Assembly: GCA_963729605.1 (NCBI GenBank)
Contig: CAVSNY010000007.1
Coordinates: 672,001-736,000 of the forward strand
DNA: 64,000 bases
Reading direction: 5' to 3'
Source of the DNA: an uncultured Gammaproteobacteria bacterium
GTDB lineage: Bacteria > Pseudomonadota > Gammaproteobacteria > DRLM01
Of this stretch, positions 52,564-63,392 are shown piece after piece (within the stretch, counting starts at the first letter, position 1; each line of letters starts with the position of its first letter). The notes beneath the pieces were generated by a model that was not told where the DNA came from, did no database searches, and saw only the letters and a program-made list of their open reading frames with translations. The position numbers and the translations under genes are program-made.

Positions 52564-54105
52564 ATGGCCAAAGGCCTGCTGAAATCCATCGCCAGCGTCA
52601 GCGCGATGACCCTCATTTCCCGGGTGCTGGGTTTCGTGCGCGACATGGTCATCGCCCGGGTGTTCGGCGCCAGCGCCGGGGCCGATGCCTTTTTCGTGGC
52701 CTTCAAAATCCCCAACTTTCTGCGGCGGCTGTTCGCCGAGGGGGCGTTTTCCCAGGCCTTCGTGCCGGTGCTGACGGAATACAAGACCCGACGCAGTCAC
52801 GAGGAAGTCAAAGATCTGGTCGATCACGTCAGCGGCGCCTTGGGGCTGGCGCTGTTTTTGGTGACCTTGGTCGGCGTGATCGCCGCGCCGGTGCTGATCA
52901 TGCTGTTCGCGCCGGGCTTCAGCGCCGACGCCGGCAAGTTCGAGCTGGCGGCGGACATGCTGCGCATCACCTTCCCCTATCTGCTGTTCATCTCGCTCAC
53001 CGCCTTCGCCGGCGGCATCCTCAACGCCTACGGACGTTTCGCCGTACCGGCCTTCACCCCGGTGTTTCTCAATCTCAGCATGATCGCCACCGCCTTGTGG
53101 CTGGCGCCCCATCTGGCGGAGCCGGTGACGGCGCTGGCCTGGGGCGTGTTCATCGCCGGGGTGGTGCAACTGGCGTTTCAATGGCCTTATCTGCGCCAGC
53201 TGCGCCTGTTGCCGCGCTTCCGCTTCAAGCGGGCGCATGAAGGCGTGAGCCGGGTGTTGCGTTTGATGTTGCCGGTGATGTTCGGCTCGTCGGTGGCCCA
53301 GATTAATCTGCTCATCGATACCGTGATCGCCTCGTTTCTGGTGACCGGCAGTGTGTCCTGGTTGTATTACTCCGACCGGCTGGTGGAATTTCCGCTGGGC
53401 GTCCTGGGCGTCGCCCTGGCGACCGTGATCCTGCCCAAATTGTCGCAACAACACGCCGAGGCCTCGCCACAAGCATTCTCCTACACGGTGGACTGGGGCC
53501 TGCGCTGGGTGATCGTGGTCGGTGTGCCCGCCACCTTGGGCCTGATGGCCTTGGCCGCGCCGATGCTGGCCACCTTGTTTCACTACGGCGAGTTCACCTT
53601 GACCGACGTGGTGAAATCCTCCTATAGCCTGATGGCCTATAGTCTGGGTTTGACCGGTTTCGTCATGGTGAAGATTCTGGCCTCGGGCTTTTACGCGCGC
53701 CAGGATACCCGCACCCCCGTGCGTTTCGCACTGATCGCGCTGCTCGTCAATCTGGTTTTGAATCTCATCTTGGTGTGGCCGTTGGCGCACGCGGGTCTGG
53801 CGCTGGCCACCTCGCTGGCCGCGTTGCTCAATACCGCGCTGTTGTTGCGCGCCTTGCGGCGCATCGGCGCCTATCAGCCCGAGCCGGGCTGGGGCGCCTT
53901 GTTATGGCGGGTGGGCATCGCGGGCGCGACGATGGCGGCGGTCTTGGTGCTAGGTGCGGGCACCGCCGAGGAATGGGCGCAATGGGGGGGAACGGAGCGG
54001 GCCTGGCGTCTGCTGATGTGGGTGACGGTGGGCGGGGCAGTGTTCGGCGCGGTGGCCCTTGCGGTCGGCTTGCGGCCGCGCCATCTGCGTCTCCGCGCAG
54101 ACTGA
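52564..54105 (+). CDS. murJ: Lipid II flippase MurJ
   Basis: SRVLGFVRD, PNFLRRLFAEGAFSQAFVP. Confidence 0.97.
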   Translation: MAKGLLKSIASVSAMTLISRVLGFVRDMVIARVFGASAGADAFFVAFKIPNFLRRLFAEGAFSQAFVPVLTEYKTRRSHEEVKDLVDHVSGALGLALFLVTLVGVIAAPVLIMLFAPGFSADAGKFELAADMLRITFPYLLFISLTAFAGGILNAYGRFAVPAFTPVFLNLSMIATALWLAPHLAEPVTALAWGVFIAGVVQLAFQWPYLRQLRLLPRFRFKRAHEGVSRVLRLMLPVMFGSSVAQINLLIDTVIASFLVTGSVSWLYYSDRLVEFPLGVLGVALATVILPKLSQQHAEASPQAFSYTVDWGLRWVIVVGVPATLGLMALAAPMLATLFHYGEFTLTDVVKSSYSLMAYSLGLTGFVMVKILASGFYARQDTRTPVRFALIALLVNLVLNLILVWPLAHAGLALATSLAALLNTALLLRALRRIGAYQPEPGWGALLWRVGIAGATMAAVLVLGAGTAEEWAQWGGTERAWRLLMWVTVGGAVFGAVALAVGLRPRHLRLRAD

Positions 54106-54163
54106 CGGTGACAAGCGCGCCCGGTCCTTTATAATCCATATCCTTTATCCGACGCGGGCGACG

Positions 54164-55102
54164 ATGGAGATCATACGAGGACTGTACAATCTGCGGCGGC
54201 GCCCGCGGGGCTGCGTGGCGACCATCGGCAATTTCGACGGCGTACATCTCGGCCATCAGGCGGTGCTCGGTCAGCTGGCGGATCGCGCGGCGGAGTTGAA
54301 TCTGCCCATGGTGGTGATCACCTTCGAGCCGCAGCCGCGGGAGTTTTTCACTCACGGCGACACCCCGCCGCGACTCACCCGTTTTCGCGAGAAGATGCAG
54401 GCCCTGCGGCGTTTCTCGGTGGATAGCGTCGTGTGTCTGCGTTTCGACCGCGCCTTGGCCGCCATGCCCGCCGCGGAATTCATCCGGCGTTTGCTGGTCG
54501 ATGGTTTGGACGTGCGTTATCTGGTGGTGGGCGACGATTTCCGTTTCGGCGCGGCGCGCGCCGGCGATTTCGCCATGCTGCGCGAGGCCGGGGCGCGGCA
54601 GGGTTTTCAAGTGGCGGCCATGCACAGCTTCAGCATCGACGGCGAGCGGGTGAGCAGCACGCGGATCCGCGCCGCGCTGGCGCAGGACGACCTCGCCACC
54701 GCCGAGAAATTATTGGGCCGGCCTTATCGCATGTGCGGCCGGGTCGCCCACGGCGACGAACGCGGCCGGACCATCGGCTTTCCCACCGCGAATATTCATT
54801 TGCACCGCAAGAGTTCGCCGGTGAACGGCGTGTACGCGGTGGAGATGTTCGGTTTGGAGAACGCGCCGCTGGCGGGCGTGGCCAATGTCGGTACGCGGCC
54901 GACGGTGGGCGGCACGCGCAGTCAGCTGGAAGTGCATTTGCTGGATTTCAGCGGCGACATCTACGGCCGTTACGTGCACGTGGATTTTCTGCACAAGCTG
55001 CGTCCCGAGCGGCGCTTCGAATCATTGGACGCGCTGGTGGCGCAGATTCGCGCGGACGCGGCGGCGGCGCGGGCCTTTCACGCCGGACGCAGGCAAGAGT
55101 GA
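54164..55102 (+). CDS. ribF: Riboflavin kinase / FAD synthetase
   Basis: GNFDGVHLGH, GRTIGFPTAN. Confidence 0.97.
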   Translation: MEIIRGLYNLRRRPRGCVATIGNFDGVHLGHQAVLGQLADRAAELNLPMVVITFEPQPREFFTHGDTPPRLTRFREKMQALRRFSVDSVVCLRFDRALAAMPAAEFIRRLLVDGLDVRYLVVGDDFRFGAARAGDFAMLREAGARQGFQVAAMHSFSIDGERVSSTRIRAALAQDDLATAEKLLGRPYRMCGRVAHGDERGRTIGFPTANIHLHRKSSPVNGVYAVEMFGLENAPLAGVANVGTRPTVGGTRSQLEVHLLDFSGDIYGRYVHVDFLHKLRPERRFESLDALVAQIRADAAAARAFHAGRRQE

Positions 55103-55127
55103 TTGATGCGTGCCTGAGCCGCGCGGT

Positions 55128-55439
55128 TACACCACCCCGCCCCCGCGGGGCACCCCTCCTCAACGAGGAGGGGAAAAAACCACACTCCCCTCCTTTTCAA
55201 GGAGGGGTGGCGGCTTTAGCCGCCGGGGTGGTTAAGGTGTGGCATAGGGTGGTGGAGAAGTGACGGCCTTAGCGTCCGGGCAAGGTGCTACACCACCCCG
55301 CCCCCGCGGGGCACCCCTCCTCAACCAGGAGGGGGAAAAATCACACTCCCCTCCTTTTCAAGGAGGGGTGGCGGCTTTAGCCGCCGGGGTGGTTAAGGTG
55401 TGGCACAGGATGATGGATAAGTGACGGCCTTGGCGCCGG
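55128..55439. repeat. Tandem duplication (161-bp period) of a family-B palindromic doublet
   Basis: Copies start at 55128 and 55289; each has CCCCTCCTcaacgAGGAGGGG-type and CCCCTCCTTttcAAGGAGGGG hairpins inside ACCACCCCG...CGGGGTGGT ends. Confidence 0.9.
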
Positions 55440-55530
55440 AAGATGAAACCACGACGTTGGTTTGTATAGAGGTGAAGAGCCGCGACACCAGTCTTTGAGA
55501 TGGAGTCGCGCCATCACGGGAAAGACCGAA

Positions 55531-55680
55531 GGAAGCGCTGAATAATTCCATCCTGGAATTTTCAGAGTACGGGAAGCGAAAATGCGATTTTCGCTTCCCG
55601 CCATTTTCAATGGTTAACGCCATTGAAAATGGCGGCACATCCGTGCGCCGCGGGAAGCTCTGAATAAATCAGCGGTGCCC
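55531..55680 (+). repeat. MITE-like ~150 bp repeat, copy 4
   Basis: ggaagcgctgaataatt...cgccattttcaatgg...ccattgaaaatggcg...gaataaatcagcggtgccc. Confidence 0.75.
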
Positions 55681-55806
55681 TAATGGAAGAAGTTAGGCGA
55701 TCAGCGCGGCGCGGTAAACGCGCGCCGCGAAACTTTGTCACATTAACTTTGTGCCGAGCATCCCGCCGGAGAACGGCAGTTTTTGTTTTGAATGGATAGA
55801 CGACGT

Positions 55807-58692
55807 ATGGCTGATTACAAACACACCTTGAACCTGCCGCAGACCGATTTTCCCATGAAGGCGAATCTGGCGCAGCGCGAGCCGGAGATGCTCAAAGAAT
55901 GGCAGGCGCTGGGTCTGTATCAAAAGCTGCGCGCGGCCCGCGCCGGCGCGCCCAAGTTCGTGCTGCACGACGGCCCGCCCTACGCCAACGGCGAGATCCA
56001 CATCGGCCACGCGGTCAACAAAGTGTTGAAGGACATCATCGTCAAGTCGCGTTCGATGGCGGGTTTCGACGCGCCGTATGTACCCGGCTGGGACTGCCAC
56101 GGTCTGCCCATCGAACTGCAAGTGGAAAAAAAGGTGGGCAAGGTCGGCGTGAAGGTGGACGCGAAAACCTTTCGGCAGGCCTGCCGCGATTACGCCGCCG
56201 CGCAGGTGGACAAGCAGCGCGAGGATTTCGTGCGCCTCGGCGTGCTGGGCGATTGGCAGCGGCCGTATCTCACCATGGATTTTCGTTTCGAGGCCGACAT
56301 CATCCGCGCCCTCGGCCGGGTGATCGCCAACGGTCATTTGTATAAAGGTTCCAAGCCGGTGCACTGGTGCAGCGATTGCGGCTCGGCCCTCGCGGAAGCC
56401 GAGGTGGAATACGAGGACAAGACCTCGCCGGCCATCGACGTGCGCTTCGCGATTTTGGATGAGCAGGCCTTGTTCGCCCGCTGCAAATACGTGCCCGAAC
56501 ACCTCGGCCACGGCCCCCTGTCGGTAGTCATTTGGACCACCACGCCGTGGACCCTGCCCGCCAATCAGGCGGTGGCCGTGCATCCCGAATTGGAATACGT
56601 GGTGGTGCAGGCCGGTCATGAACGCCTGGTGCTGGCCGAGGCGCTGATGAAGCAGGCGTTGGGCCGCTACGGTGTTGAAGAGTATCGAGTGATCGCCACC
56701 TGTCTCGGCGCCGACCTGGAAGGTTTGTTATTGCAGCATCCGTTTTACGCCCGCGAGGTGCCGGTGATCGTCGGCGAACACGTTACCACCGAGTCCGGTA
56801 CCGGCGCGGTGCACACGGCGCCGGGCCACGGTCAGGAAGACTATGTGGTGGGTGTGCGTTACGGCCTGCCCGTCGAAAATCCGGTGGGCGGCGACGGGGT
56901 GTTTTTGCCGGGCACCGAACTTTTCGCCGGCGAACATGTGTTCAAGGCCAACGATCACGTGATCGAGATTTTGAAAACCAAGGGCATGCTGCTGCATCAC
57001 GCGGCCTGGCGCCACAGTTATCCCCATTGCTGGCGGCACAAGACGCCGATCATCTTCCGCGCCACGCCGCAGTGGTTTATCCGCATGGACGCGGTGTACC
57101 CTGGCGCTGTAGGGAACGAGCGCCAGGGCATCAGCATGGAGCAGCAGGGCTTGCGCAAACAGGCGCTGGCCGCCATCACCAAGGTGGAATGGCTGCCCGG
57201 CTGGGGGCAGGCGCGCATCGAGGGCATGGTGCGCAATCGCCCCGACTGGTGTATCTCGCGGCAGCGCACCTGGGGCGTGCCGATCGCTTTATTCGTGCAC
57301 AAGGAAACCGGCAAGCTGCATCCGCGCACCGCCGAGCTGATCGAACAGGTCGCGCAGCGGGTGGAGCAGGCCGGCATCGACGCCTGGTTTGATGTGAGCG
57401 CGGCCGAGTTGCTGGGCGACGAGGCGGGCAGTTACGACAAAGTGAACGACACCCTCGACGTCTGGTTCGATTCCGGCGTCACGCATGCCGGCGTGCTGGA
57501 GTCGCGCGCGGAGCTGGGCGGCGCGCCCGCCGATTTATATTTGGAAGGTTCCGATCAGCATCGCGGCTGGTTTCAATCGTCGCTGTTGACGGCGGTGGCC
57601 ATGCGCGGCGCGGCGCCGTATCGCGGCGTGCTCACCCACGGTTTCACCGTCGATGCGCAAGGCCGCAAGATGTCCAAGTCGGTGGGCAACGTGGTGGCGC
57701 CGCAGAAGGTGGTGAACAATCTCGGCGCGGATATTCTGCGGCTGTGGGTGGCGGCCACCGATTATCGCGGCGAGATGACCGTCTCCGACGAAATCCTGAA
57801 ACGTACCGCCGATGCCTATCGGCGCTTGCGCAACACCGCGCGTTTTCTGCTCGCCAATCTCCACGGCTTCGACCCCGCCGCGCATTGCGTGGCGCCGGAG
57901 GCGATGCTGGAACTCGATCGCTGGGCGGTGGAGCGCGCGCGGCGTTTGCAGGAGCAGGTGATCGCGGCCTACGACAGTTACGAGTTCCATCAGATTTATC
58001 AGCGGGTGCACAATTTCTGCGTGGTGGAGATGGGCGGCTTTTATCTCGACATCATCAAGGACCGTCAATACACCACGCAGACGGACAGCGTCGCACGCCG
58101 TTCGGCGCAGACCGCGCTGTACCACATCAGCGAAGCGATGGTGCGTTGGCTGGCGCCGATCTTGAGTTTCACCGCCGAGGAATTGTGGCGTTATCTTCCC
58201 GGCGCGCGCGGCGCGTCGGTGCTGCTCGAAACCTGGTACGACATACCGGCGATGTATGCCGATGCCGCGGCGGCCGACGCCAGCTTGAACGAGTGGGAAC
58301 GAATCATCGCGGTGCGCGAGATCGTCGGCAAGGAACTGGAGCGCTTGCGGGTGGCGGGCGGCATCGGCTCCGGTCTGGATGCCGAAGTAGATCTCTATTG
58401 CGGCCGCGAATTGCTCGATCAACTGACCCACCTCGCCGACGAGCTGCGCTTCGTGTTGATCACGTCCGAGGCGCGGGTGCACGACAGCAATGCGCCGCCC
58501 GCGGAGGCGGCGCATTTCAGCTTGGCGTCGGGCGATGAATTCTGGGTGACGGTGGCGCCGTCGGCACAGACCAAATGCGTGCGCTGCTGGCACCATCGCG
58601 CCGATGTGGGCCGTCATGCGGAACATCCGGAGTTGTGCGGACGTTGCGTGGAAAACGTCGCCGGCGTCGGCGAACAGCGGCGGTACGCCTGA
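55807..58692 (+). CDS. ileS: Isoleucine-tRNA ligase
   Basis: PPYANG, HIGH, WCISRQR, KMSKS, C-terminal zinc finger. Confidence 0.98.
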   Translation: MADYKHTLNLPQTDFPMKANLAQREPEMLKEWQALGLYQKLRAARAGAPKFVLHDGPPYANGEIHIGHAVNKVLKDIIVKSRSMAGFDAPYVPGWDCHGLPIELQVEKKVGKVGVKVDAKTFRQACRDYAAAQVDKQREDFVRLGVLGDWQRPYLTMDFRFEADIIRALGRVIANGHLYKGSKPVHWCSDCGSALAEAEVEYEDKTSPAIDVRFAILDEQALFARCKYVPEHLGHGPLSVVIWTTTPWTLPANQAVAVHPELEYVVVQAGHERLVLAEALMKQALGRYGVEEYRVIATCLGADLEGLLLQHPFYAREVPVIVGEHVTTESGTGAVHTAPGHGQEDYVVGVRYGLPVENPVGGDGVFLPGTELFAGEHVFKANDHVIEILKTKGMLLHHAAWRHSYPHCWRHKTPIIFRATPQWFIRMDAVYPGAVGNERQGISMEQQGLRKQALAAITKVEWLPGWGQARIEGMVRNRPDWCISRQRTWGVPIALFVHKETGKLHPRTAELIEQVAQRVEQAGIDAWFDVSAAELLGDEAGSYDKVNDTLDVWFDSGVTHAGVLESRAELGGAPADLYLEGSDQHRGWFQSSLLTAVAMRGAAPYRGVLTHGFTVDAQGRKMSKSVGNVVAPQKVVNNLGADILRLWVAATDYRGEMTVSDEILKRTADAYRRLRNTARFLLANLHGFDPAAHCVAPEAMLELDRWAVERARRLQEQVIAAYDSYEFHQIYQRVHNFCVVEMGGFYLDIIKDRQYTTQTDSVARRSAQTALYHISEAMVRWLAPILSFTAEELWRYLPGARGASVLLETWYDIPAMYADAAAADASLNEWERIIAVREIVGKELERLRVAGGIGSGLDAEVDLYCGRELLDQLTHLADELRFVLITSEARVHDSNAPPAEAAHFSLASGDEFWVTVAPSAQTKCVRCWHHRADVGRHAEHPELCGRCVENVAGVGEQRRYA

Positions 58693-59213
58693 TGCGCATC
58701 TGGTTGACGATAGCCGGGGTGGTTTTGCTGACCGATCAAATCACCAAACAAATGGCCGAGGCCATGCTCTCATTCGGCGAAAGCGTGGCGGTAATGCCAT
58801 TCTTCAATATTACTCTGGCGTACAACACCGGCGCGGCATTTAGTTTTCTCGCGCAGGCCGGCGGCTGGCAACGCTGGTTTTTCGCGGTGCTCGCGCTGAC
58901 GGTGAGCGCGGTGATTTTCGTGTGGCTGCGCCGTCTCAAGCCAGAAGAAAAATGGAGCGGGGTGGCCCTGGCCTTGATCCTGGGCGGCGCGCTGGGCAAT
59001 GTCATCGACCGCCTCCTGTTCGGGCATGTCATCGACTTTCTCGATGTGTATTACACCGCCGACCAATGCATGATCTTGTTCTCGTTCGAACCGGTGGCGG
59101 ACGGAATGCGCTGTCATTGGCCGGCCTTCAATGTCGCGGATTCGGCGATTTTGGTGGGGGCGGCGATGATGATCATCGACAGCGTGCGCGGTGGCAAAAA
59201 GGCTGGGACTTAG
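58692..59213 (+). CDS. lspA: Lipoprotein signal peptidase
   Basis: NTGAAFS, GNVIDR, VIDF, FNVADS. Confidence 0.95.
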   Translation: MRIWLTIAGVVLLTDQITKQMAEAMLSFGESVAVMPFFNITLAYNTGAAFSFLAQAGGWQRWFFAVLALTVSAVIFVWLRRLKPEEKWSGVALALILGGALGNVIDRLLFGHVIDFLDVYYTADQCMILFSFEPVADGMRCHWPAFNVADSAILVGAAMMIIDSVRGGKKAGT

Positions 59214-59303
59214 GGCCGAAAAGTTTTTTTAGTCGCCAAGGACGCCCAGGAGAAAATTTCCGGATGAGCGAAGCAGATTCGCGGGCTCGGCGTTTTTGCG
59301 TAT

Positions 59304-59342
59304 CCCCACATCCTAACCCTCTCGCGCTTGCGGGAGAGGGGG
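59304..59342. repeat. Family-A palindromic unit
   Basis: ccccacatcctaaccctctcgcgcttgcgggagagggg. Confidence 0.7.
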
Positions 59343-59579
59343 AGTTGGAGGAGAGTGAATTGATCCAGGGGCACGGGCGTATCCTTGGGCGGAAGTTCCT
59401 GGGTAGGGTTGGAATCTTTACGCGACGTGATTAGCCTTCAGTGGGGCACGCGGGTTAAAACGGTTACCGGCACCGGCGTTCCTCATTCATCAGTTAAAAC
59501 CGCCGGTTTAGCCGGTCAGCTTACGCTACCGAATGGCCCCGCTGTACTTTTCCGGTGAGTAAAGGATTTTCGCCTGCAT

Positions 59580-59610
59580 CCCCTCTCCCGCGAGCGGGAG
59601 AGGGTGAGGG
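59580..59610. repeat. Family-A palindromic unit, opposite orientation
   Basis: cccctctcccgcgagcgggagagggtgaggg. Confidence 0.75.
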
Positions 59611-59793
59611 GGCTCCCCCCGGCGGGAGCCGGAAGTAAGACGCGTCGCTCAACCGGCCCGTCTCCGGGCTTTCAGTCCGCCATTCAACTCCTCCGCTTTA
59701 GCCGGGGTCGTTTATTTGAGCTTTCCGGCCCGGGTTTTTACCCGGCGGGAAAACCCAGTACAATAGCCGTCCATTATGTCGAGTAAGCCGCCC

Positions 59794-60732
59794 ATGCAGA
59801 TCCAGCTTGCCAATCCCCGCGGTTTTTGCGCCGGGGTCGATCGCGCCATCCATATCGTCGAGCGTGCGCTCGAGTTGTTCGGCGCGCCGGTGTACGTGCG
59901 GCACGAGGTCGTGCACAACAAATTCGTGGTGGAGGGACTGCGCGCCAAGGGCGTGGTGTTCGTCGATGAATTGGACGAAGTGCCCGACGATAATATCGTG
60001 ATCTTCAGCGCCCACGGCGTTTCCAAAGCGGTGCGCGACGAGGCGGCGCGGCGCGGCTTGAAGGTGTTCGACGCCACCTGTCCGTTGGTGACCAAGGTGC
60101 ATCTCGAAGTGGAGCGCCACCGCCGCGCCGGGCGCGAGTGCATCCTCATCGGCCACGCCGGCCATCCCGAGGTGGAGGGCACCATGGGCCAGTGGGAGAA
60201 GACGCCGGGCGGCGGCGAGATGTATCTGGTGCAGGACGTGGACGACGCCCGCACGCTGGAAGTGCGCGAGCCCGAGAACATCGCCTTCGTCACTCAGACC
60301 ACTTTATCGGTGGACGACACCGCCGCGGTGATCGACGTGCTGCGCGCGCGTTTCCCCCGCATCACCGGTCCGCGCAAGGACGACATCTGTTACGCGACGC
60401 AGAACCGGCAGGACGCGGTGAAGGCGCTGGCCGATCAATGCGATCTGTTGCTGGTGGTGGGCTCGCCCAGCAGCTCCAACTCCAATCGCCTGCGCGAGCT
60501 GGCGATCAAACGCGGCGTGGACGCCTATCTCATCGACGGCGCCGACGAAATCCAAACGGCTTGGCTGCAAGGCAAACAATCCATCGGCGTCACCGCCGGG
60601 GCCTCGGCGCCCGAGGTGCTGGTGCAAGAGGTGATCGCCAAGCTGGAAAGTCTGGGCGCCGCCCCCGCCCGCGAGATGAGCGGCCGCGCCGAGACCATCG
60701 TGTTTTCACTGCCGAAGGAGTTGAGTGCCTGA
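59794..60732 (+). CDS. ispH: HMBPP reductase
   Basis: [31 protein letters not shown]. Confidence 0.97.
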   Translation: MQIQLANPRGFCAGVDRAIHIVERALELFGAPVYVRHEVVHNKFVVEGLRAKGVVFVDELDEVPDDNIVIFSAHGVSKAVRDEAARRGLKVFDATCPLVTKVHLEVERHRRAGRECILIGHAGHPEVEGTMGQWEKTPGGGEMYLVQDVDDARTLEVREPENIAFVTQTTLSVDDTAAVIDVLRARFPRITGPRKDDICYATQNRQDAVKALADQCDLLLVVGSPSSSNSNRLRELAIKRGVDAYLIDGADEIQTAWLQGKQSIGVTAGASAPEVLVQEVIAKLESLGAAPAREMSGRAETIVFSLPKELSA

Positions 60733-60862
60733 GACGGCGTTTCGGCTGTTAAAAATCGCTTCAAGATATCGCTGAAGAGAGCATTGCGGCGTTATACGCC
60801 ACGGCGTTAATCATGGCGTGCGGACCAGTTGTGGCTTCGTGCGCACAGCGCACAAGACTTCT

Positions 60863-61327
60863 TTACCAGCAACCGCTGGTCGCCGGACTACGCACATTGG
60901 CGGAGGTGATACCGAAGTCGCCACAAGTATCGTGACTTTGGTTACCGTATTTGGTGGCGGTCACTTTGAAGCAGGGCTGGCTGCCGCAACTGGTCAAGGC
61001 TGTGCGAACTTGATATATCACGTCATCGGTTAAAGAGTTAAGAATTGATCCATCTTTGCTGAGATAGGCAGTCTCTGTTGGGTACCCAAGATCGGTCATT
61101 GATGCGGTATAGGCGCGATTGCTGGCATAAAACCGCTCCTGCCGGGTGGCGGCGTCCAGTAACGCGTTTTTCGCCACGCTGCGGTTGGCCTTGAGTATGT
61201 AATTGGTGTAGCTGGCATAAGACAACGTGGCGACGATGCCTAAAATCGCCAGCACAATGACCAGTTCGATCAATGTGAGACCGGCGGTGCGGCGCGGCGG
61301 GATTGAGGTTCGCGGAGGATGTCGCAT
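60863..61327 (-). CDS. pilE: Minor pilin PilE
   Basis: G|LTLIELVIVLAILGI, QERFY, C-terminal CW. Confidence 0.85.
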   Translation of the reverse strand: MRHPPRTSIPPRRTAGLTLIELVIVLAILGIVATLSYASYTNYILKANRSVAKNALLDAATRQERFYASNRAYTASMTDLGYPTETAYLSKDGSILNSLTDDVIYQVRTALTSCGSQPCFKVTATKYGNQSHDTCGDFGITSANVRSPATSGCW

Positions 61328-61998
61328 CAGTTGATCTCCACGTAGCCTATGCGGCGGAAAGCAGGAACGCCGACGGGGAGCGGGGCATCGTTGCCGACAG
61401 ATAAGCTGGCATTTGTCCGATTCACCAGCATTACATAAGTGGATTGGACGATGCGCGCCGCGCCTTGGACATCGATGCCATAGGCCCAAACCTCGTAGGT
61501 GAAGATGGACATTTGCGGGGCCCAGGTCGGAGTGCAGGGGGCCGTGACGCCGCCCACGCCGACGTCGGTGCAGCCGCGATACACCACCGCATAACGGCCG
61601 CCCGCCGCCGCTGTGCCGAATCCACCAACCCAGGTACCTACTGCACGCGGGTTGCCAGGTAAAGGGTCGGTGCTTGCATAGAAACTGTCGGTGTTGGTAG
61701 CTGACCAACCGAAGTTGATTGGGTGGCAATTGTTGCTATTTGGTACGGGCGTACCGCCGGTGCAGGTCATCTGGATGATCTGCTGTTCCCCCGCGTTTAA
61801 TGCCACCTCCGCTTGCGTATACGCGCTGGTTTGAAAGGCATTATTGGCGGCCATCCGCCATTCCAGGCGGGAGCTGTTCATCACCGCGACGCCGATGAGG
61901 GTGATGGCCACCAGCATCATCATGCTGACCACCAGGGCGACGCCGCGCTGAGCGCGCGATGTTTGCGGCGGGGCGGGGCGGTTCGAATCGTTCGTCAT
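61327..61998 (-). CDS. pilX: Minor pilin PilX
   Basis: QRG|VALVVSMMMLVAITL (no Glu5), VQSTY. Confidence 0.85.
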   Translation of the reverse strand: MTNDSNRPAPPQTSRAQRGVALVVSMMMLVAITLIGVAVMNSSRLEWRMAANNAFQTSAYTQAEVALNAGEQQIIQMTCTGGTPVPNSNNCHPINFGWSATNTDSFYASTDPLPGNPRAVGTWVGGFGTAAAGGRYAVVYRGCTDVGVGGVTAPCTPTWAPQMSIFTYEVWAYGIDVQGAARIVQSTYVMLVNRTNASLSVGNDAPLPVGVPAFRRIGYVEIN

Positions 61999-62007
61999 GG
62001 CCAGGCC

Positions 62008-62934
62008 TTAATTGCGCAACGCTACGGTGGAGGTGTAGAGCTGACGGCGATAATTGTCGTTCGGCGTGTAAGGGGGAATGTCGCCTAAAGTATAGGTGTT
62101 GTTGTTGGTATAACCCGCCTCCGGGCACTCGTCCCGCGCCAATATCCAGAAACGCACCGATACCACGTTATTCCAGTTGGCTACGGCATTGGCATTCACA
62201 TATTGGTTCACGGAACGATCGGCGTTGGTATCGATGCCGAACTGGAATTGCAGATGCTCCACGCCCAATACCAGCTCGGCCGCCTGGGGCAGACCGTTTG
62301 CATCGAGTTCTTCGCGTGTTAAGGCGGGGATGGCCGCGCCGTTACACCTCGCGGTAGTGGAATCTCGTACATAATAGGCATGAGCTGTCACGGCGTGGTC
62401 GCTGGAGATGGGGCCGGGGGCGTTAGCAGGAGCGCCCAATGCGATGGTGGCCTGCGTGGGCGTGGTACGTATATACAAGGTGTTGGCGGCAAATACAGTC
62501 GTTGGTTGGGGGACGGCGTAGCGTACCGTCAGCACATCGCCGCGCAGCCATGCGGCGGTGATGCAGTCATAACCCGCTGCGCTGTCATTTATGCCGAAGA
62601 TGGCTTGCTGGGCCATGCGACCCCATGTGTTATCGGCGCTATTGCAGGTGGCGGCCGCTGGCGCTGCACCGGCAGGCGGGCCGAAGGCGCGCATATTGGT
62701 CAGCCCCCAATACCCCGCACGGCGGACATCCTGGGTGATGACATCCACCGCGTAACGCCCCGCGTCTTGCAGGCGGGCGAGGCTGGTTTGGATGTCGTAG
62801 CTGCGTTTGGCGGCGGCGTAGATTTGACCGATGCCCGCGATCACCAACAACCCCAGCGTCACGGTGACCAGCAATTCAACGAGGGTGAAACCGCGTTGGT
62901 GGGGGTGAAGTGAAATGGGGCAGGGGGCGCGCAT
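62008..62934 (-). CDS. pilW: Minor pilin PilW
   Basis: QRG|FTLVELLV, DVRRAGYWG, C-terminal LRN. Confidence 0.88.
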   Translation of the reverse strand: MRAPCPISLHPHQRGFTLVELLVTVTLGLLVIAGIGQIYAAAKRSYDIQTSLARLQDAGRYAVDVITQDVRRAGYWGLTNMRAFGPPAGAAPAAATCNSADNTWGRMAQQAIFGINDSAAGYDCITAAWLRGDVLTVRYAVPQPTTVFAANTLYIRTTPTQATIALGAPANAPGPISSDHAVTAHAYYVRDSTTARCNGAAIPALTREELDANGLPQAAELVLGVEHLQFQFGIDTNADRSVNQYVNANAVANWNNVVSVRFWILARDECPEAGYTNNNTYTLGDIPPYTPNDNYRRQLYTSTVALRN

Positions 62935-62936
62935 GA

Positions 62937-63392
62937 TTAGTAGTTGATGATCATGGTCTGGTTTGGACCTTGATCACCCCACCTAATGATCACGGTGTTG
63001 GCGCCGATTTCGATCTCCGCATGGGGTAAGACGGGCGCGCCCGCGGCAGCGATCATTTGTGATAATTGATAAAGATCGTATTGCACCATCTGTGCGGGAG
63101 TGCAGACTGCCGAGCAATCTTGGTTGGCTGTGCCGGCGGCGGTGATGGTTCCATTATAGGCCCCCGCCCCCGCCGCCCGATTCGCCCGTATCCGCTCAAT
63201 CGCATCTTGCGCCAAGTGGGTGGCGATGGTGTGATCCTGCGCCTGATTGCTGGCGCGCAGTCCGGCGAATTGCAACCCGGCCAAGCCCAGCAGGCCGATG
63301 CTCACGACCACGACGGTGATCAAAACCTCGAAGAGTGAAAATCCCCGGCAGGAGCGATAAGACGATGCGTTGACGAATTCGTGTTTTTTCAT
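62937..63392 (-). CDS. pilV: Minor pilin PilV
   Basis: G|FSLFEVLITVVVVSIGLLGLAGLQ, ERIRAN. Confidence 0.88.
   Translation of the reverse strand: MKKHEFVNASSYRSCRGFSLFEVLITVVVVSIGLLGLAGLQFAGLRASNQAQDHTIATHLAQDAIERIRANRAAGAGAYNGTITAAGTANQDCSAVCTPAQMVQYDLYQLSQMIAAAGAPVLPHAEIEIGANTVIIRWGDQGPNQTMIINY

Noticed and set aside
55128-55439. CRISPR array
   Set aside because: Only two 161-bp units with near-identical intervening sequence, no unique spacers and no cas genes.
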